In this document: one piece after another, positions 12,200 through 23,849 of the stretch
How the letters are laid out: each line of letters starts with the position of its first letter
Numbering within the stretch: position 1 is the stretch's first letter
Origin: Octopus sinensis
Taxonomy: Eukaryota
Assembly: GCF_006345805.1 (NCBI RefSeq)
Contig: NW_021831752.1
Span: forward strand, 1 to 64,000
Length of the DNA: 64,000 nucleotides
Direction: 5' to 3'
Translations under genes and position numbers: made by a program
The notes under the pieces: generated by a model
Told to the model about the DNA's origin: nothing
What the model saw: only the letters and a program-made list of their open reading frames with translations
The model's database searches: none

Positions 12200-14163
12200 G
12201 GTATTCTGCAAGTAATATAAACCCTACAAGCGCAGGATTGCTTACTTTCAAATATGCAATTGTCGATTCTTGAATATTAAGTCACTTAAGGTCACCCAGA
12301 GGAAACATTTCGTAGCCGAATCAATGGTAAATTACTAAATTCGATTGTGTTTAAGAAACCAAATATCTGCATGCCCCCAATCGTTTTCCAAATAGAATAA
12401 TTCCCCACTAACCGAAGAATTGTACTGTCTTTTTTAGGATAAGAATTTGTTTTTTGCATACACAGACTGTTGACTATCTGGCCACGCAGTGTGGTATGAT
12501 TCTAAACAGTGACTATTTCTGAAGTTCTGCTTAATCAGGTCCTCCAGATGTGCCAGCCTGGGGCGTTTTTTACCGTGCAATCAACTTTCGGTTAATCTGT
12601 GAGCCTTTTTGTGTCTCCTTGATTCGCCTCCTGTTGGACCAGGCGTAGGAAATGGACGGTTCAAAGTATTGACGATAAATATTTGCCAATTCCGGGTGGG
12701 ATTCGTTTTCCTATAAACCTGATAGGCTTCTGAGCACGTTCGTTTTTTTCTCACATTTACAAAGTAGGTTGTCTGTGTGAGGAGAGAAGCAGGGGTGAGA
12801 GTTGTGTTGAAGGGTATGGACACATTTTTGACTTCAAATCGACCGTCTCCCTTGGCAGACTTGGCAACGTTTACACGAGTCGGTTGTCAGTTAGCCATAC
12901 GTTGAGTCGAACCAAGTTAGCTTGGAGCCTTTCAGACAATGTCATTCGCACATGAAAAGAATAGCATCATTATAGAGGGCGGAAGATTTTCCAGGAAAAA
13001 GTTGAAAAGGGCCGGGGATAATGGAGATCCCTTGGGTACTCTGTTGGGCAGGAGTCGAAAAGTGGACTTCCTCTTCGTCCACTTAGGAGGTTAATGATCC
13101 ATAGTTTGAGTTTCGCCGGAAATTCAGTTTGGCATATCTTCCTTGATAAGAGCTTTCTCGAGACAGAATCGAGAGCTTTGTGGATGTCTATGGAGCAAAA
13201 CACGGTCTTTTGGTGCCTCAGTTTGCTTGCAAAACTAGTACGAACGAATTTTGTCTAAAACTCTTTTATTCTTTCAAGAACCATTTTTTTAGGATTTTTG
13301 ACATGACGCAGAACAGGAAAACCAGCCTAAAAGAAGCCGGGTCGTTTCTTGGTCTTCCAGTATCGACCTTATTAGTGCTTGCTTCTATAATGACGGAATC
13401 AGATTATGCTCGATCGACTAGTTGAATATAGCCGTTAGAAACTAATTCGACACAAAGATTTCTTAATAGAATGACCGGGATTCTATCTGATACGGATCAT
13501 TAAGTCATTCGGTTGGTTTTCTTGAGGCTATTTCTTTCCTTCTTTGGCTAGTAGCAGCGTGAGGTTGTCGTTTGGGTATAGCCATTGCTCTTGCTTCCAG
13601 AATAATCGTCATGAAGAAGCCGATTGCATTGTCGAGAGAACTAAATTGCAATTCTTTAATTTTAAATTCAAGATCTCCTGGCCAGTTTGCCGCATTATAA
13701 TTGTATGAAACAAAGACCTTGCTGGTGATAACTTCCCTTCACCGTGATCGGGTTGTGGTCGCTTCTCGCTTCATAGAAGACTGACCAGACCGTAGTCGAT
13801 ACGAAAGATGAAGAGTATATCGGGTGATGTAGGTCTATCAGTCACTTTGAGCGGAGTCCTTGTGTTCCTCGGTGGATCGTTCAGAATTGTTAGGGAGTAG
13901 ATTGGGAAAGTAAAAGTTTCCCTTTCGTATCCGCGACTGAATTGACCCTCAAAAAGGAGTGTTTCAGGTGGGCGCATAAGATGACCCCATCGATGCGTGC
14001 CAGTTTAGAGAGAGCTCAGGAAGAAATCGGTCTTAGGTAGAGTGCGTCGTCCTGAATGAGAATGCCGCCAGGGGGACGAGTTTTAATGATTCTTTTCCGG
14101 TGGACATTGAGTGCCCCCTCAGCGTTTCCAAGTCCGTTTGAGTTGCGAGAATCAATCGAATTG
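12200..14163 (-). mobile_element. Decayed APE/RT LINE, copy 2 (left boundary approximate)
   Basis: Matches 1-1710 over 12454-14163. Confidence 0.8.
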
Positions 14164-14313
14164 GTGAACCACATAACGAATAAGTTATCCATCAAAAAAC
14201 AAGTTTGGATTCTGGAAAATTACCAGTAAAGTCGAGCGTCTTATTTTATTATAATATTTCATAATTTAAGAAGAGATTTATATTTAAATATTTTTGTTGT
14301 GAATTTGCTTTTC

Positions 14314-14636
14314 ATGGACGCATTTCTTGAATTAGACCCTTCCAAGATTCAAATTTCTGACACTCTTCAAAACCTTCTCCTCAAGTAATATAATAATAAA
14401 CAATTAGCAGTCCGGAAGGATCCTGTGCACATAAGATTGTGGAAGAGTTGAAGGCTAAAATAACGTCACTACGTTCCCAAATAGACTCGTTAGGAGAACT
14501 GAAGGAAACAGCGAGCCAATTGGCTGACATTGAGAAGCACTGTAAAGAAATTCTTGCAGTTAAAACGAGTTCGTTGGAGTATATTCGTCAACAAGTTAAC
14601 CAACATTTACAAACTAATCACCTTAAAAATGATTAA
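14314..14636 (+). CDS. Small ~100-aa coiled-coil protein, 2 exons, copy 2
   Basis: Same sequence as 1861-2183. Confidence 0.7.
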
Positions 14637-15447
14637 TTTTATATTCGTATTGTTCTATTAATACAGAGAACACTGCAATACTCCATTTGACTTGCCAAGG
14701 TCTGTCCCGTCCACTGCATGTCTTTAGGCATTTCGCACTTGCCTAAGTACGAGTAGGCAATTCCTAATTATTTGCTGATTTTCAATTTAAATAAGCATAA
14801 ATAGGGAGCCCTACAACGATGTTTTAATAATTCCTGGAAGCACGTTCTTGATCGATCTTTCATTTGGAAAGGAATCGAATCACTTTCAGTTCAGTCAAAG
14901 TAAAAAAGTCGGGAACTAAATTTTTATTGGTGCCCTTTATTTATCATATCAGACTTTTCTCATTTGCCGTGATGATCAGGAAATTAGCACTGCAAGATAA
15001 ATGGTGAGAAGGTGTGGCCATTGAGAATTTGTGTTATATGTTTGCCGTTGTTCTGCAACCTGCGTGGTTTGCGAAGGAAGGGAGATTTGTTCTGTGGTAT
15101 TTTAATTGTACTTATTTCTCCCAAAATATCGACGTGATTTTAAAAGTATTAGATATTGTCATTTTATAGAAGTTTGTACGACCTCATAGTGGATATCCTG
15201 ATAGTGAGTAAATATTCACCAAATTTTCTTTTTCTGTCACAGGTGTTGAGTTTTGAAGTTTGGTGAGTGGACTTGTGTTCGTTTTAATGTAATGATAATA
15301 CTGCAATTGTTAATTATGAAAGTCTCCTATACACATCCACCCTACTTGAGAAAAATTTTCTAAAAAATTATTAAAGACTAAAATTGAGTTCAAAACAAAT
15401 TTAACTTGAAAATTATTAATTTATTTTTTTTAATGTTAAATTAATTA

Positions 15448-16205
15448 ATGAGGTCTCCTGTTGTCGTCCGTTCTTTTTCGAAAAAGACAGCAACAGTAAT
15501 TGAGACTATAAAATATCAATTTCAGTTAATATTTCTTCACGGCTTGGGAGATTGTGGGTTCTGTCTTTGGTGTAGCCTGATGTAGAGATTCTTGGGCTTC
15601 ACAGTTTGCAGAGACAGGTTTTAGTCAAATCGAAGTAATTTGCCCACACGCGTATTCGTTAATTTGTATATTCTAGACCATCGAGGCAACTCTCGGTTGC
15701 TTTTGGATTGCCCGTCCCTGCTTGGTTTGACATCCTCGGAGTCTCCATGGACAGTGCCGAGGACGCCGATGGAATAAACGAGGCCTCGCTGATCGGTCTC
15801 CCTGTATAAGCAATTTCAGTCCAGTCGCTAATAGATGAGGAGATTAGGAAAGGAATCGATCCTCGGAGAATTATTGTGGGCGGTTTCAGTCAGGGTGGGG
15901 CCGTGGCACTCCACTGTGCTCTCAAGTGTGGGGTTGCACTGGGCGGGGTGATTGGGATCAGCACGTGGTTGCCACTTCACAAAACATTCGAAAATGTTGG
16001 CAGTGTCCCAATATTGCTTTGCCATGGGGAAGATGATTCGATTGTTCCCTATGAGTATGCACGGACGACACTGTCAGTGTTGACTGACCGGGCTGGCTGT
16101 GCCAATGTCACATTCAAAGCATACTCCAGTATGGGACACAATACATCCGAGGATGAGATGTGGGATGTTATTCATTTTATCACAAAATGTCTCCCGGACA
16201 TTTAG
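15448..16205 (+). CDS. LYPLA1: Acyl-protein thioesterase / lysophospholipase (LYPLA1/2 family), 4 exons
   Basis: Removing introns of 30, 28 and 25 nt gives IFLHGLGDCGDSW...ICPHAP...PAWFDI...GGFSQGG...HGEDD..VP...MGH, with the Ser-Asp-His triad. Confidence 0.92.
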
Positions 16206-16244
16206 TTTTATTATCATACTTTAAATTACGCTTTGTCTGGCTTT

Positions 16245-16430
16245 ATTGAGTGAGGAAACCATTTTACTCAGTCGATTCTTAATCCACATTTTGCAAAACT
16301 GTCGCCTCCCGTGTTTAATGCTAATGTTTGTCCAAAACTTATCCCCATATTGGGAAATTTAGACAACAGAATATTGGTTAAAGTCAATAGAGGTGTACTG
16401 CAAGGAGATTTTTAATTTCGGCTATAGGAA
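16245..16430 (+). mobile_element. Short R4/Dong-like RT remnant between the thioesterase and PKG 3' ends (also at ~3770-3950)
   Basis: LIHILQNCRLPCLMLMFVQNLSPYWEI...KVNRGVLQGD resembles the RT at 61461-61910 (EILENSELPNW...IPNWKV...ERGILKGD). Confidence 0.5.
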
Positions 16431-16489
16431 ATAATTTAAGTTAATTGAATAAGTGATATCTCTAATACCATAATCCAGTTAATATCAAT

Positions 16490-16495
16490 TTTATT
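16490..16495 (-). promoter_or_regulatory. Candidate AATAAA polyadenylation signal of PKG, overlapping the stop codon
   Basis: The minus strand reads TTT TAA ATAAA at the end of the PKG CDS. Confidence 0.4.
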
Positions 16496-18927
16496 TAAAA
16501 GTCATCATCCCATCCGGAAAATTCATCCTCTGGTTTAGTCGTTGCCGGTGGAAATTTGTCAAAATTTCTTGTATCAGTGACCGATTTTATCTACAACTGT
16601 TTCCGAGTAAGAAAACCGTAGGGACCAACGTGCTTTTAAGTTTGAGTGATGCTAATTTAGGCCAGTCAAACCCTTGAAATAAACTAGAATATCAGATAAG
16701 CTAGAATACGGGTGCATTTTGATGTCGTCGATGCCGTTTTTGCCGTATCCCAGTCGTTCCAAAGGAAAAGGTTTACAGGAGGAAAGCATAAAATTACGAG
16801 CACGTTTTCCGACGTGTTTGGGGAACTCAATGGCGGCCACACCTTTAAAGATTTGCTTGTAAATCACTAATGGCTCTCGTCCGACAAATGGAGGACTAAA
16901 ATAGATCGAATAAGTACCTCCCGGTCAAAAGCTCGTACATTAAAATTCCAATGGCCCAATAATCCACGGCAAGGTCGTGCCCTTTGTTGAGTATAATCTC
17001 CGGTGCTACATATTCCGGAGTGCCGCAAAAAGTCCATGTTTTGTTGCCTTTCCCCAACTTTTTAGCAAATCCAAAATCAACCTAAAACGTCTTTCTCATA
17101 GGCAACCAATTTGATGTACCCCTTTTCGTCAATCATGAGGTTTTCAGGCTTCAGGTCTCTGTAAACTATCCCCTGTCCATGCAAGTATTCAAAGGCCCCT
17201 ATTACACACCCCAGACAAAAACGAGTCGTGTCTTCAGAGAAACGTTTTCTTAACTAAATCAGAAAAATAACTTGTTTCGTAGAATTGTCCATAATTCTCC
17301 CCCCAAGGCTGCTTCCATAAGGAAGTACACGGAATGAGAGTCTTTGAACGTAAGAAATAATCTTGGAATAAAGGAAGAAAGCATTACTGAATAATGTAAG
17401 GACTGTCACACGAGAAAAGAATCTCCTTCTCTTGCAAAATGTGCTGTTCTTGGCGGGAATTGACAATGTGGACTTTAGAAAGTGCTTTGAGAGCGTACGA
17501 CTTGCTCGAGTCGGACTTGACTTGCACCTAAGTGAAATCAATTTGAAGACAACTACCAAATCGACCCGACCAAAGCCGCCGATGCCGAGGGTTCTTATGA
17601 CTTTCAAATCTTTAATTTCCACACCGACCAACTGAGGAATGGGCCGTCTCTTTGCTTTTATTGGAGTAGCCTCATCATATGTTTTAGTTTTGAGCATTTC
17701 CAGCTCACCAATGTAGAGAATCAAACTCCTAATACGTAAACAACTCCAAATTAACTCTCTGTCGAGAACTAGGCATTCCACATCACTCAACGCGACCACC
17801 GTGGCAGTTCTCGTTTCAGTGCTTCCATTAAATATTCCAATACCTGAGGAGAGCCTGTTCACCAAAAAAGTCTCCTGTTGACAATTTCCTTATCGAATTT
17901 ACGGTGTGGTCGACTTCCTGGAGCACTTGAACCTTATAATGTTGTTTTGATTGCAAAAACCTTTCCGGAAACTACAATGAAGAAATGAGTTCCGATTTCC
18001 CCTTGTCTGACAATGTTATCGCCCTCCTTGTACGATTCCTAAGAGTGAAGACATTGCCAGACCATCTCGAGAGCGTCGGAGATCATTGAAAGTTTTTCTG
18101 GGTTCACGTCTTTGAACAGGGGGACGCTTTAGACTGGAGATAATGCACAAGTACCTTGAGAGAAACTTTATTCTAGCGCACGTGATGGTTTTTTGACCAC
18201 GAATCATTACATTTTTGTAAACTTGCTGGTTGAGGACAAAAACAGTAGAATTCTCCACGCCTAGAAACCTTCTGAAACAAAAGACTACATCTCACTGTGG
18301 CTGTACGAGCACAGTTATAAAGAATAGCTAATTCTCCGAAAACACTCCCCGTGGTTAGAAAAACGATATGTTTTCTCTCCAGACTTGAAACTTCAAGACG
18401 TCCGGCTATAAAGAATTAAAAAATGAGGGGAGAACATTTTAGAATGAAAAATTCTTCCCCAGAATCTCCTTCCTGGATTATTGTAGAATTTTTAGAGAAA
18501 TTTCGAGGAACCATATATTGGACAAGTTGTTCGAGGGACGCATAATCAACATTTTTGAAAAAGTCGTTTTCAGACAGAGCGTTAAGTATGAGAGACGTTT
18601 CCCTAAAATAATGTCCCATTAAATTATTCGAATATGCAAATTTATTTTCGGAAATTCATACTCTTTAGATTTTGGAATTATTTCTTCTCTCAGTTCAGTC
18701 TCCTCCGCAGTTTTGGCAGAAATTCCTTCTTTTTTGTTACGGCCAACGTAAGAATCATTCGATTTATTGATCTCTGTCACATTTGCTGATGAATTCACAG
18801 AGGAAAGGACGGACTGCAGTTTGTGGAGCTGGGTTCGGAGAGCTTCAAGCTCCTCGTCTTTTTCCTTTATTGTTTTTTTCGCAATTTTAAGTTCTTCTGC
18901 TACGCTGAGACTTTTCCTCAACGACAT
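16495..18927 (-). CDS. PRKG1: cGMP-dependent protein kinase (PKG), multi-exon
   Basis: N-terminal zipper [31 protein letters not shown], pseudosubstrate KKEGISA, two cNMP domains ([11 protein letters not shown]; RTATVVA), kinase motifs [10 protein letters not shown] and FCGTPEY, C-terminus [12 protein letters not shown]. Confidence 0.93.
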
Positions 18928-19974
18928 GGACTACAATCATTTTAATTACGACAAAACTTAAAACAATAATTGCGGATAAATCACGGCGCTTCGTTTATAA
19001 AGTGCAATCGTGACGCATTTCAGAATAACTATTTGAATATTTGAATTAATCAAGCGAAGATGAACTTATTCTTCCAAATGGAGGTATCCTGATTGAAATT
19101 ATATTGAGGTTTTTATCAAAAAATAAATTGATTAATCTTTGTGTAATTTTGCCCACGTCAAAAAATGGCTGATTTATCACATAATTATACACATGTGCTA
19201 CAAACCAATTAGATTATAATAAATATTTTCCATTTAAAGCAATTGACCCTGCTTAGAATGATCATTGTCCTATTTCGCTAATATTACTCATCCTCTTTTC
19301 TGTCTCGTTATCATTGATTGGGATTATTATTTTATTAAAAATGTATTCTACGCCTGAATCATAAAAATTGAGAATTTGAGTTTTTATTGATTATACTTTT
19401 CGTTCGAAACCTCTGGAGTCGCAGGAAATCTCACCGCGGTCTTCATATAAGACATCGGAAAAAGGATTGACTCCTGGAGAAATGAGCCTCTGACAAAGAA
19501 TTTTGATAGCCATTCGTCGCGAAACAGCCAAGCAATCTTTTCCGCACACAAATGACACAATTTTTAAATAAGTAATCAATAATTTAAAAAACTTTTTAAG
19601 AGTGCGTGGTAATCTCAGTCAAGATATTTCTCTCATTTAAATCACTGCGCTGCGAATGAATTAATGGAATGTTTTTATATTTGAAATTTCTGTTTTATTT
19701 GTTATCTCGTACAAAAAAATTTTTAATGATAAAAGATATCATTTGTTTCTTGACGTAGTGGAATTCAAGCTTTTTAATTAATTTTTTATTAATTTGAGGT
19801 TATGTTCACCACAAAATCTATTCAACCTAACTATATTTATAATAAAGGTCCTAGAAAAAATCAAATAAATATCAATTGGTTTTCAACAATTTTCTGGAGA
19901 ATTGGTGGTGCCGCGGATAGTTATACAGTTCTCAAATCGCCATTGAGATTCGCTAGAACAGCCTTAGTGTTTCT

Positions 19975-20345
19975 TGTCCTTGAAGATGCAAAACGTCAAG
20001 ACGGCTGTACACTTTCGCTTTTGAATCCCGGAAGCAGCTCGTTTGGGACGTCACCTGTGCCGACTCTTTCGCCAAGGGAGCTTTGAATTCCACGGCTTGT
20101 CGTCCCGGTTCGTCGGCCGAGAAGCCCGAATTCGCGAAACTAACGAAATACGAGGATTTGCGCGATCGATTTTGCTTTTGGGCAATTGCCATCGATAATT
20201 CCTCTGTTTTTGGGGTCAAGACGCTTGCTCATCTTAAGAAACTTTGCCGTCTGTGCACCTATCGCTCAAGAGATCCCAGGGAATTTATATTCCTTATTCA
20301 GAGGATCTCGCTGGCTGTTTTACGCGGGAATTGTCTTTACTAATT
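19975..20345 (+). mobile_element. CRE-clade 3' fragment (endonuclease domain)
   Basis: DAKRQDGCTL...LVWDVTCADS and REFIFLIQRISLAVLRGN, homologous to 9350-9720. Confidence 0.8.
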
Positions 20346-20379
20346 TACAGTAAAATACTAATTTATTATGGAAACTTAT

Positions 20380-20620
20380 TGTGGGGATTTATTCTTTTTG
20401 AATCTCCTGGAATTCAAATTCTTATGAGTTCAACGTCTGGTACCTCGACGACGCCATCATTGGCGGCCCCGTGGTAAATGACCTGAATAAAGTGGGTCCG
20501 ATTCTGGCCTCTATAGGTTAACCCACACAAATCAGAGATTTGCAACATTGGCTACAAACCAGCAAACTTTACTTTGGAAATCCGTGCCTTATTTGATCAA
20601 CTCTTCGTTTCCACACTGAG
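20380..20620 (+). mobile_element. CRE-clade RT fragment
   Basis: FNVWYLDDAIIGGP...GPILASIG...HKSEICN, homologous to 8260-8400. Confidence 0.7.
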
Positions 20621-20989
20621 AGAGGCTGCCATCTCAGAAGAATCAGAAACGACCTACCATTCTAATACAAAAATCTATTATATCAAAGTGCTTGAAGGAC
20701 TTGGTAGCTTTGCGAAGCTCCTGGGTTCGAATCTCACTGTTATCATTTCGGCCGAAGGTTCCATGCATATTACATGCACCCCGGATTGACGAGTGACGCC
20801 GTCATTAGTAATACCATTGCGGAACCGGATGTCTACTTCAGCCACACTCGAAAAGAAAAATAGATGGAGCAGAGACACATGTCTTCGTTTGGATTAGTTA
20901 GTTTCCTAATAACATGTTCTCTCTGTTTTGATTTTATGTGGATGGCCCAAGCGAGATGTTAACATTTCGTTCTCATCTTGCGGCAGGGC

Positions 20990-21650
20990 TTGTTGTTAAA
21001 TGAACATTCTTAATAGAGCCAGCACTATCTTCAACTTTTACAAAATTGTTAAACAAATTCTTGACAATAGCTACAGGATCCCTATACAGATGTTCAAATT
21101 TTTTTAAATCGAAGAGAAAGATTCGTCCCATAATCTTTTTGTATACGAAGCTTCAAGTAGTTAAAAATATAATAAAATATCTCCAACATCGAACTCATAT
21201 TTTGATCCATGAACTCGTAAATTCCTATTCATTCTTCTATAATATGAAGACATCAGATTCACCCTCTCAAAATTAAACAAGGTACTCGTCATGTTTACTA
21301 ATAAATAAGAATAACAGTAAAATGATAAATCTGAAGATTTTTAAATTCTGTTCAATTATCAGACTGTAAATATCTGCAAAGGCCATGATCCATTAAAATG
21401 TCGTGTGATTTTTCAGCCTTTCTTCTGCAATTGTCCGCATTTCCTGTGTGTTATTTGAGGCAATAACAAGCATGTAATTAGATAAAAAAATCTAGAAGAT
21501 AGAGCTTTCCGTCTATTAAAACGAATTTTTTTGTTTTCTTTTTTAGTTTATACTTCCGAGAAGGTGATATATTCGGTTCTTCTTCGGGGATGGATTTAAT
21601 AATGTTGTACTCTTCAATATTTTTTATGATAACTTTATTAGGCATCAGAA
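20990..21650 (-). mobile_element. Decayed, internally deleted Ginger-type integrase
   Basis: KYKLKKKTKKFVLIDGKLY...MLVIASN, YLQSDN*TEF and IVKNLFNNFVKVEDSAG align with the element at 50308-51798 (LVIASN, LQSDNGTEF, DLISNNRVKIKDQDG). Confidence 0.7.
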
Positions 21651-21819
21651 CAATGTGATTATTGGACGGTTTAATGATTTTATTGTCAAAAAATATGGTA
21701 TGTCAGCAAAAATTAGTGTAAATCCTTTATAAAATACTTTTACCAATAATTATTACCTAAGATTAAAATTTACAAATCATTCCAAAACTTAAGTATTAAA
21801 ACAATTTACAATTTACCAC

Positions 21820-22047
21820 GGGCTTTTGGGCAATTGCCGTTGAGACTACCTGTGAGACGCTTGCTCATCTAAAGAAACTTGGCCGTCTGTGCACCCATCG
21901 CTCCAGAGACCCCAGGGAATTTATATTCCTTATTCAAAAAATCTCGCTGGCTGTTTTACGCGGGAATTGTCTCTTAATCCTGCGACCCGGTACTTAATAA
22001 CTAGCTTATTCCGTTTTCCATTTAAATATTAGAACTTGAATAAAAAA
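21820..22047 (+). mobile_element. CRE-clade 3' end with A-rich tail
   Basis: Nucleotide match to 20175-20340 and 9550-9790; ends GAATAAAAAAA. Confidence 0.8.
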
Positions 22048-22091
22048 ATTATCATGACGGATGTTGGAATTGGTCAAATTACTTGTCATCA

Positions 22092-22117
22092 CTCTCAGCG
22101 CTCGATCGCTCGCGACA
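22092..22117. repeat. Orphan right TIR of the Ginger/MITE family
   Basis: CTCTCAGCGCTCGATCGCTCGCGACA is the reverse complement (with a 9-nt gap) of the TIR at 22418. Confidence 0.75.
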
Positions 22118-22417
22118 TTCAAGTAGTTGAAAAAAAATTGATGAAAGTGGACCTGTGGTTTCTAAGAGGATGACTCGAAAGATTCTTTGATGACTCGAAA
22201 TAAATTATCCTTATCCAGTCGTTAAATTTACTAATTAATAGTCATTACCTCAGACTATTGCGTTTGAGAGTTTCAATGAGATGGGGATTTTCCAGGGGTC
22301 TCTAGTGACATCCATAATCGGCCTCCAATTTTAGTAGTTCGGTGCTTGAGGGAGTTATTAATATCAACTGTGACCTGAACAGTGAACGTGGTCGGTGCAT
22401 ACTTCCTTAATGTATTA

Positions 22418-23022
22418 TGTCGCGAGCGCTGCGAGCGATCGAGCGCTGAGAGCGATTCTGACGCCTAACAGCCTGTCATCAACAAATATTTTATTAAATT
22501 ATTTAAAATTTTAAACATGATTAAAATTAAAGATTGAAATAACTTAAGTTTTCCATTGAATCCCATAAAATAATATATAAGTAGACCTTAATATAAAAAG
22601 TAAAATCAATGAATACTGACGCTAATTTGGTTTAGGTTGTGAGGGGGGTCATATTTGACAGATCTCATTGTATTTCTCGTTCAATCTCTAAAATTAGGTC
22701 TTCTAATCACAAATTAACTTGTGGCAGATCAGGCTTGCTCCTTCAGAAAATTCTTGTTTTGGACATTTTAATCAATTTGAGCATTTAATTTTTTCTCATT
22801 ATTCTAAAATATCAATTATAAATCTTAAATATTATTTTTATTTATGAAATCGGTTTTTTTAAAAGCACATTACCTGCTTTGGCATCGATTTTAATTTTGT
22901 AATCGAATATATTGAAAACCCAAATCCAGCACGGGTATTTGTCCATTTTATGAATTGTTGATTGATCGCATCTAGAATTGAGTGATCGCTCGCTGCGCTC
23001 GGTCGCTGCAGCGCTCGCGACA
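22418..23022. mobile_element. 605-bp MITE with ~40-bp TGT...ACA TIRs and perfect 5-bp TSD (TATTA)
   Basis: Left end TGTCGCGAGCGCTGCGAGCGATCGAGCGC; right end ...GCGCTCGGTCGCTGCAGCGCTCGCGACA; TATTA at 22413-22417 and 23023-23027. Confidence 0.88.
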
Positions 23023-23101
23023 TATTAATTCTGATTAGATATAATTTATATTAAATCATTTGATTCTAACAAAAATACACAATTCAAATTAGACGGGGTT
23101 A

Positions 23102-23275
23102 TCATTCATTAGAAAAGTCATTTTTAACACAAGACTTATTTGATTGATTTTGATGGAGAGAAATGGCAAATTGGATTTTGTCGATTTTACTTTTCAAACA
23201 TGTAATTTCGTCGTTCTTCTCTTTGATAATTTTGCGAGCACGTTTGAGTTCCTCCATTTGAATATTCTTATACAT
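23102..23275 (-). CDS. 57-aa ORF resembling the PKG N-terminal leucine zipper (orphan exon, microprotein or truncated paralog)
   Basis: MYKNIQMEELKRARKIIKEKNDEITCLKSKIDKIQFAISL... aligns with [34 protein letters not shown]. Confidence 0.55.
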   Translation of the reverse strand: MYKNIQMEELKRARKIIKEKNDEITCLKSKIDKIQFAISLHQNQSNKSCVKNDFSNE

Positions 23276-23849
23276 CTATATAACAATATGAATCGATACT
23301 TTTGAATTTATATAAACTTTTTTATGAATTAATGGAATTTTGGAATTCCAAAATCAAGTCGGTGTCTTGTGATATTATATCAAGTCTTGACGCTACTTTA
23401 ATTTCATAATTGATTTTTATATTCATTTGAGGTTAAGTTCACCACAAAATCGGTCAATTTAAGTTATCCTCATCGGTTAGAAAATGTCATTACCAATAAG
23501 AATAACATAGCAATTACTGAGGTACAAATTGAGGCCAGAACTCGAAGACTAAGGAGGAGTTTACTACACCAGTGAAAAGGAAGAAGAGACAGGTATATTT
23601 CAGAGGCGTATATTTTGTTTAGTCGCCAATGGATTTTTTAATCAAAACAATTTTTGTAATATTTCTATTAAGACTAACCCTGGTCCTTTGGTCAATAAAG
23701 TTTTTCTATTAAGAATGAAATTTGTTTAAAATATAAAATTTTAAGGTGATTTAAAATAGTTTGTGAATAAATTGAGAATGGTGTGCATTAGCTGTATTTT
23801 ATACCCAATGATTTTGTGGATATTTTCCCTCATTGTTAAACAGATTTAT

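Larger units (their letters stand above)
12454..16468 (+). repeat. Direct segmental duplication, copy 2 (clean copy, continues into the PKG 3' end)
   Basis: Same alignment as copy 1; the thioesterase reading frame is intact here. Confidence 0.97.
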
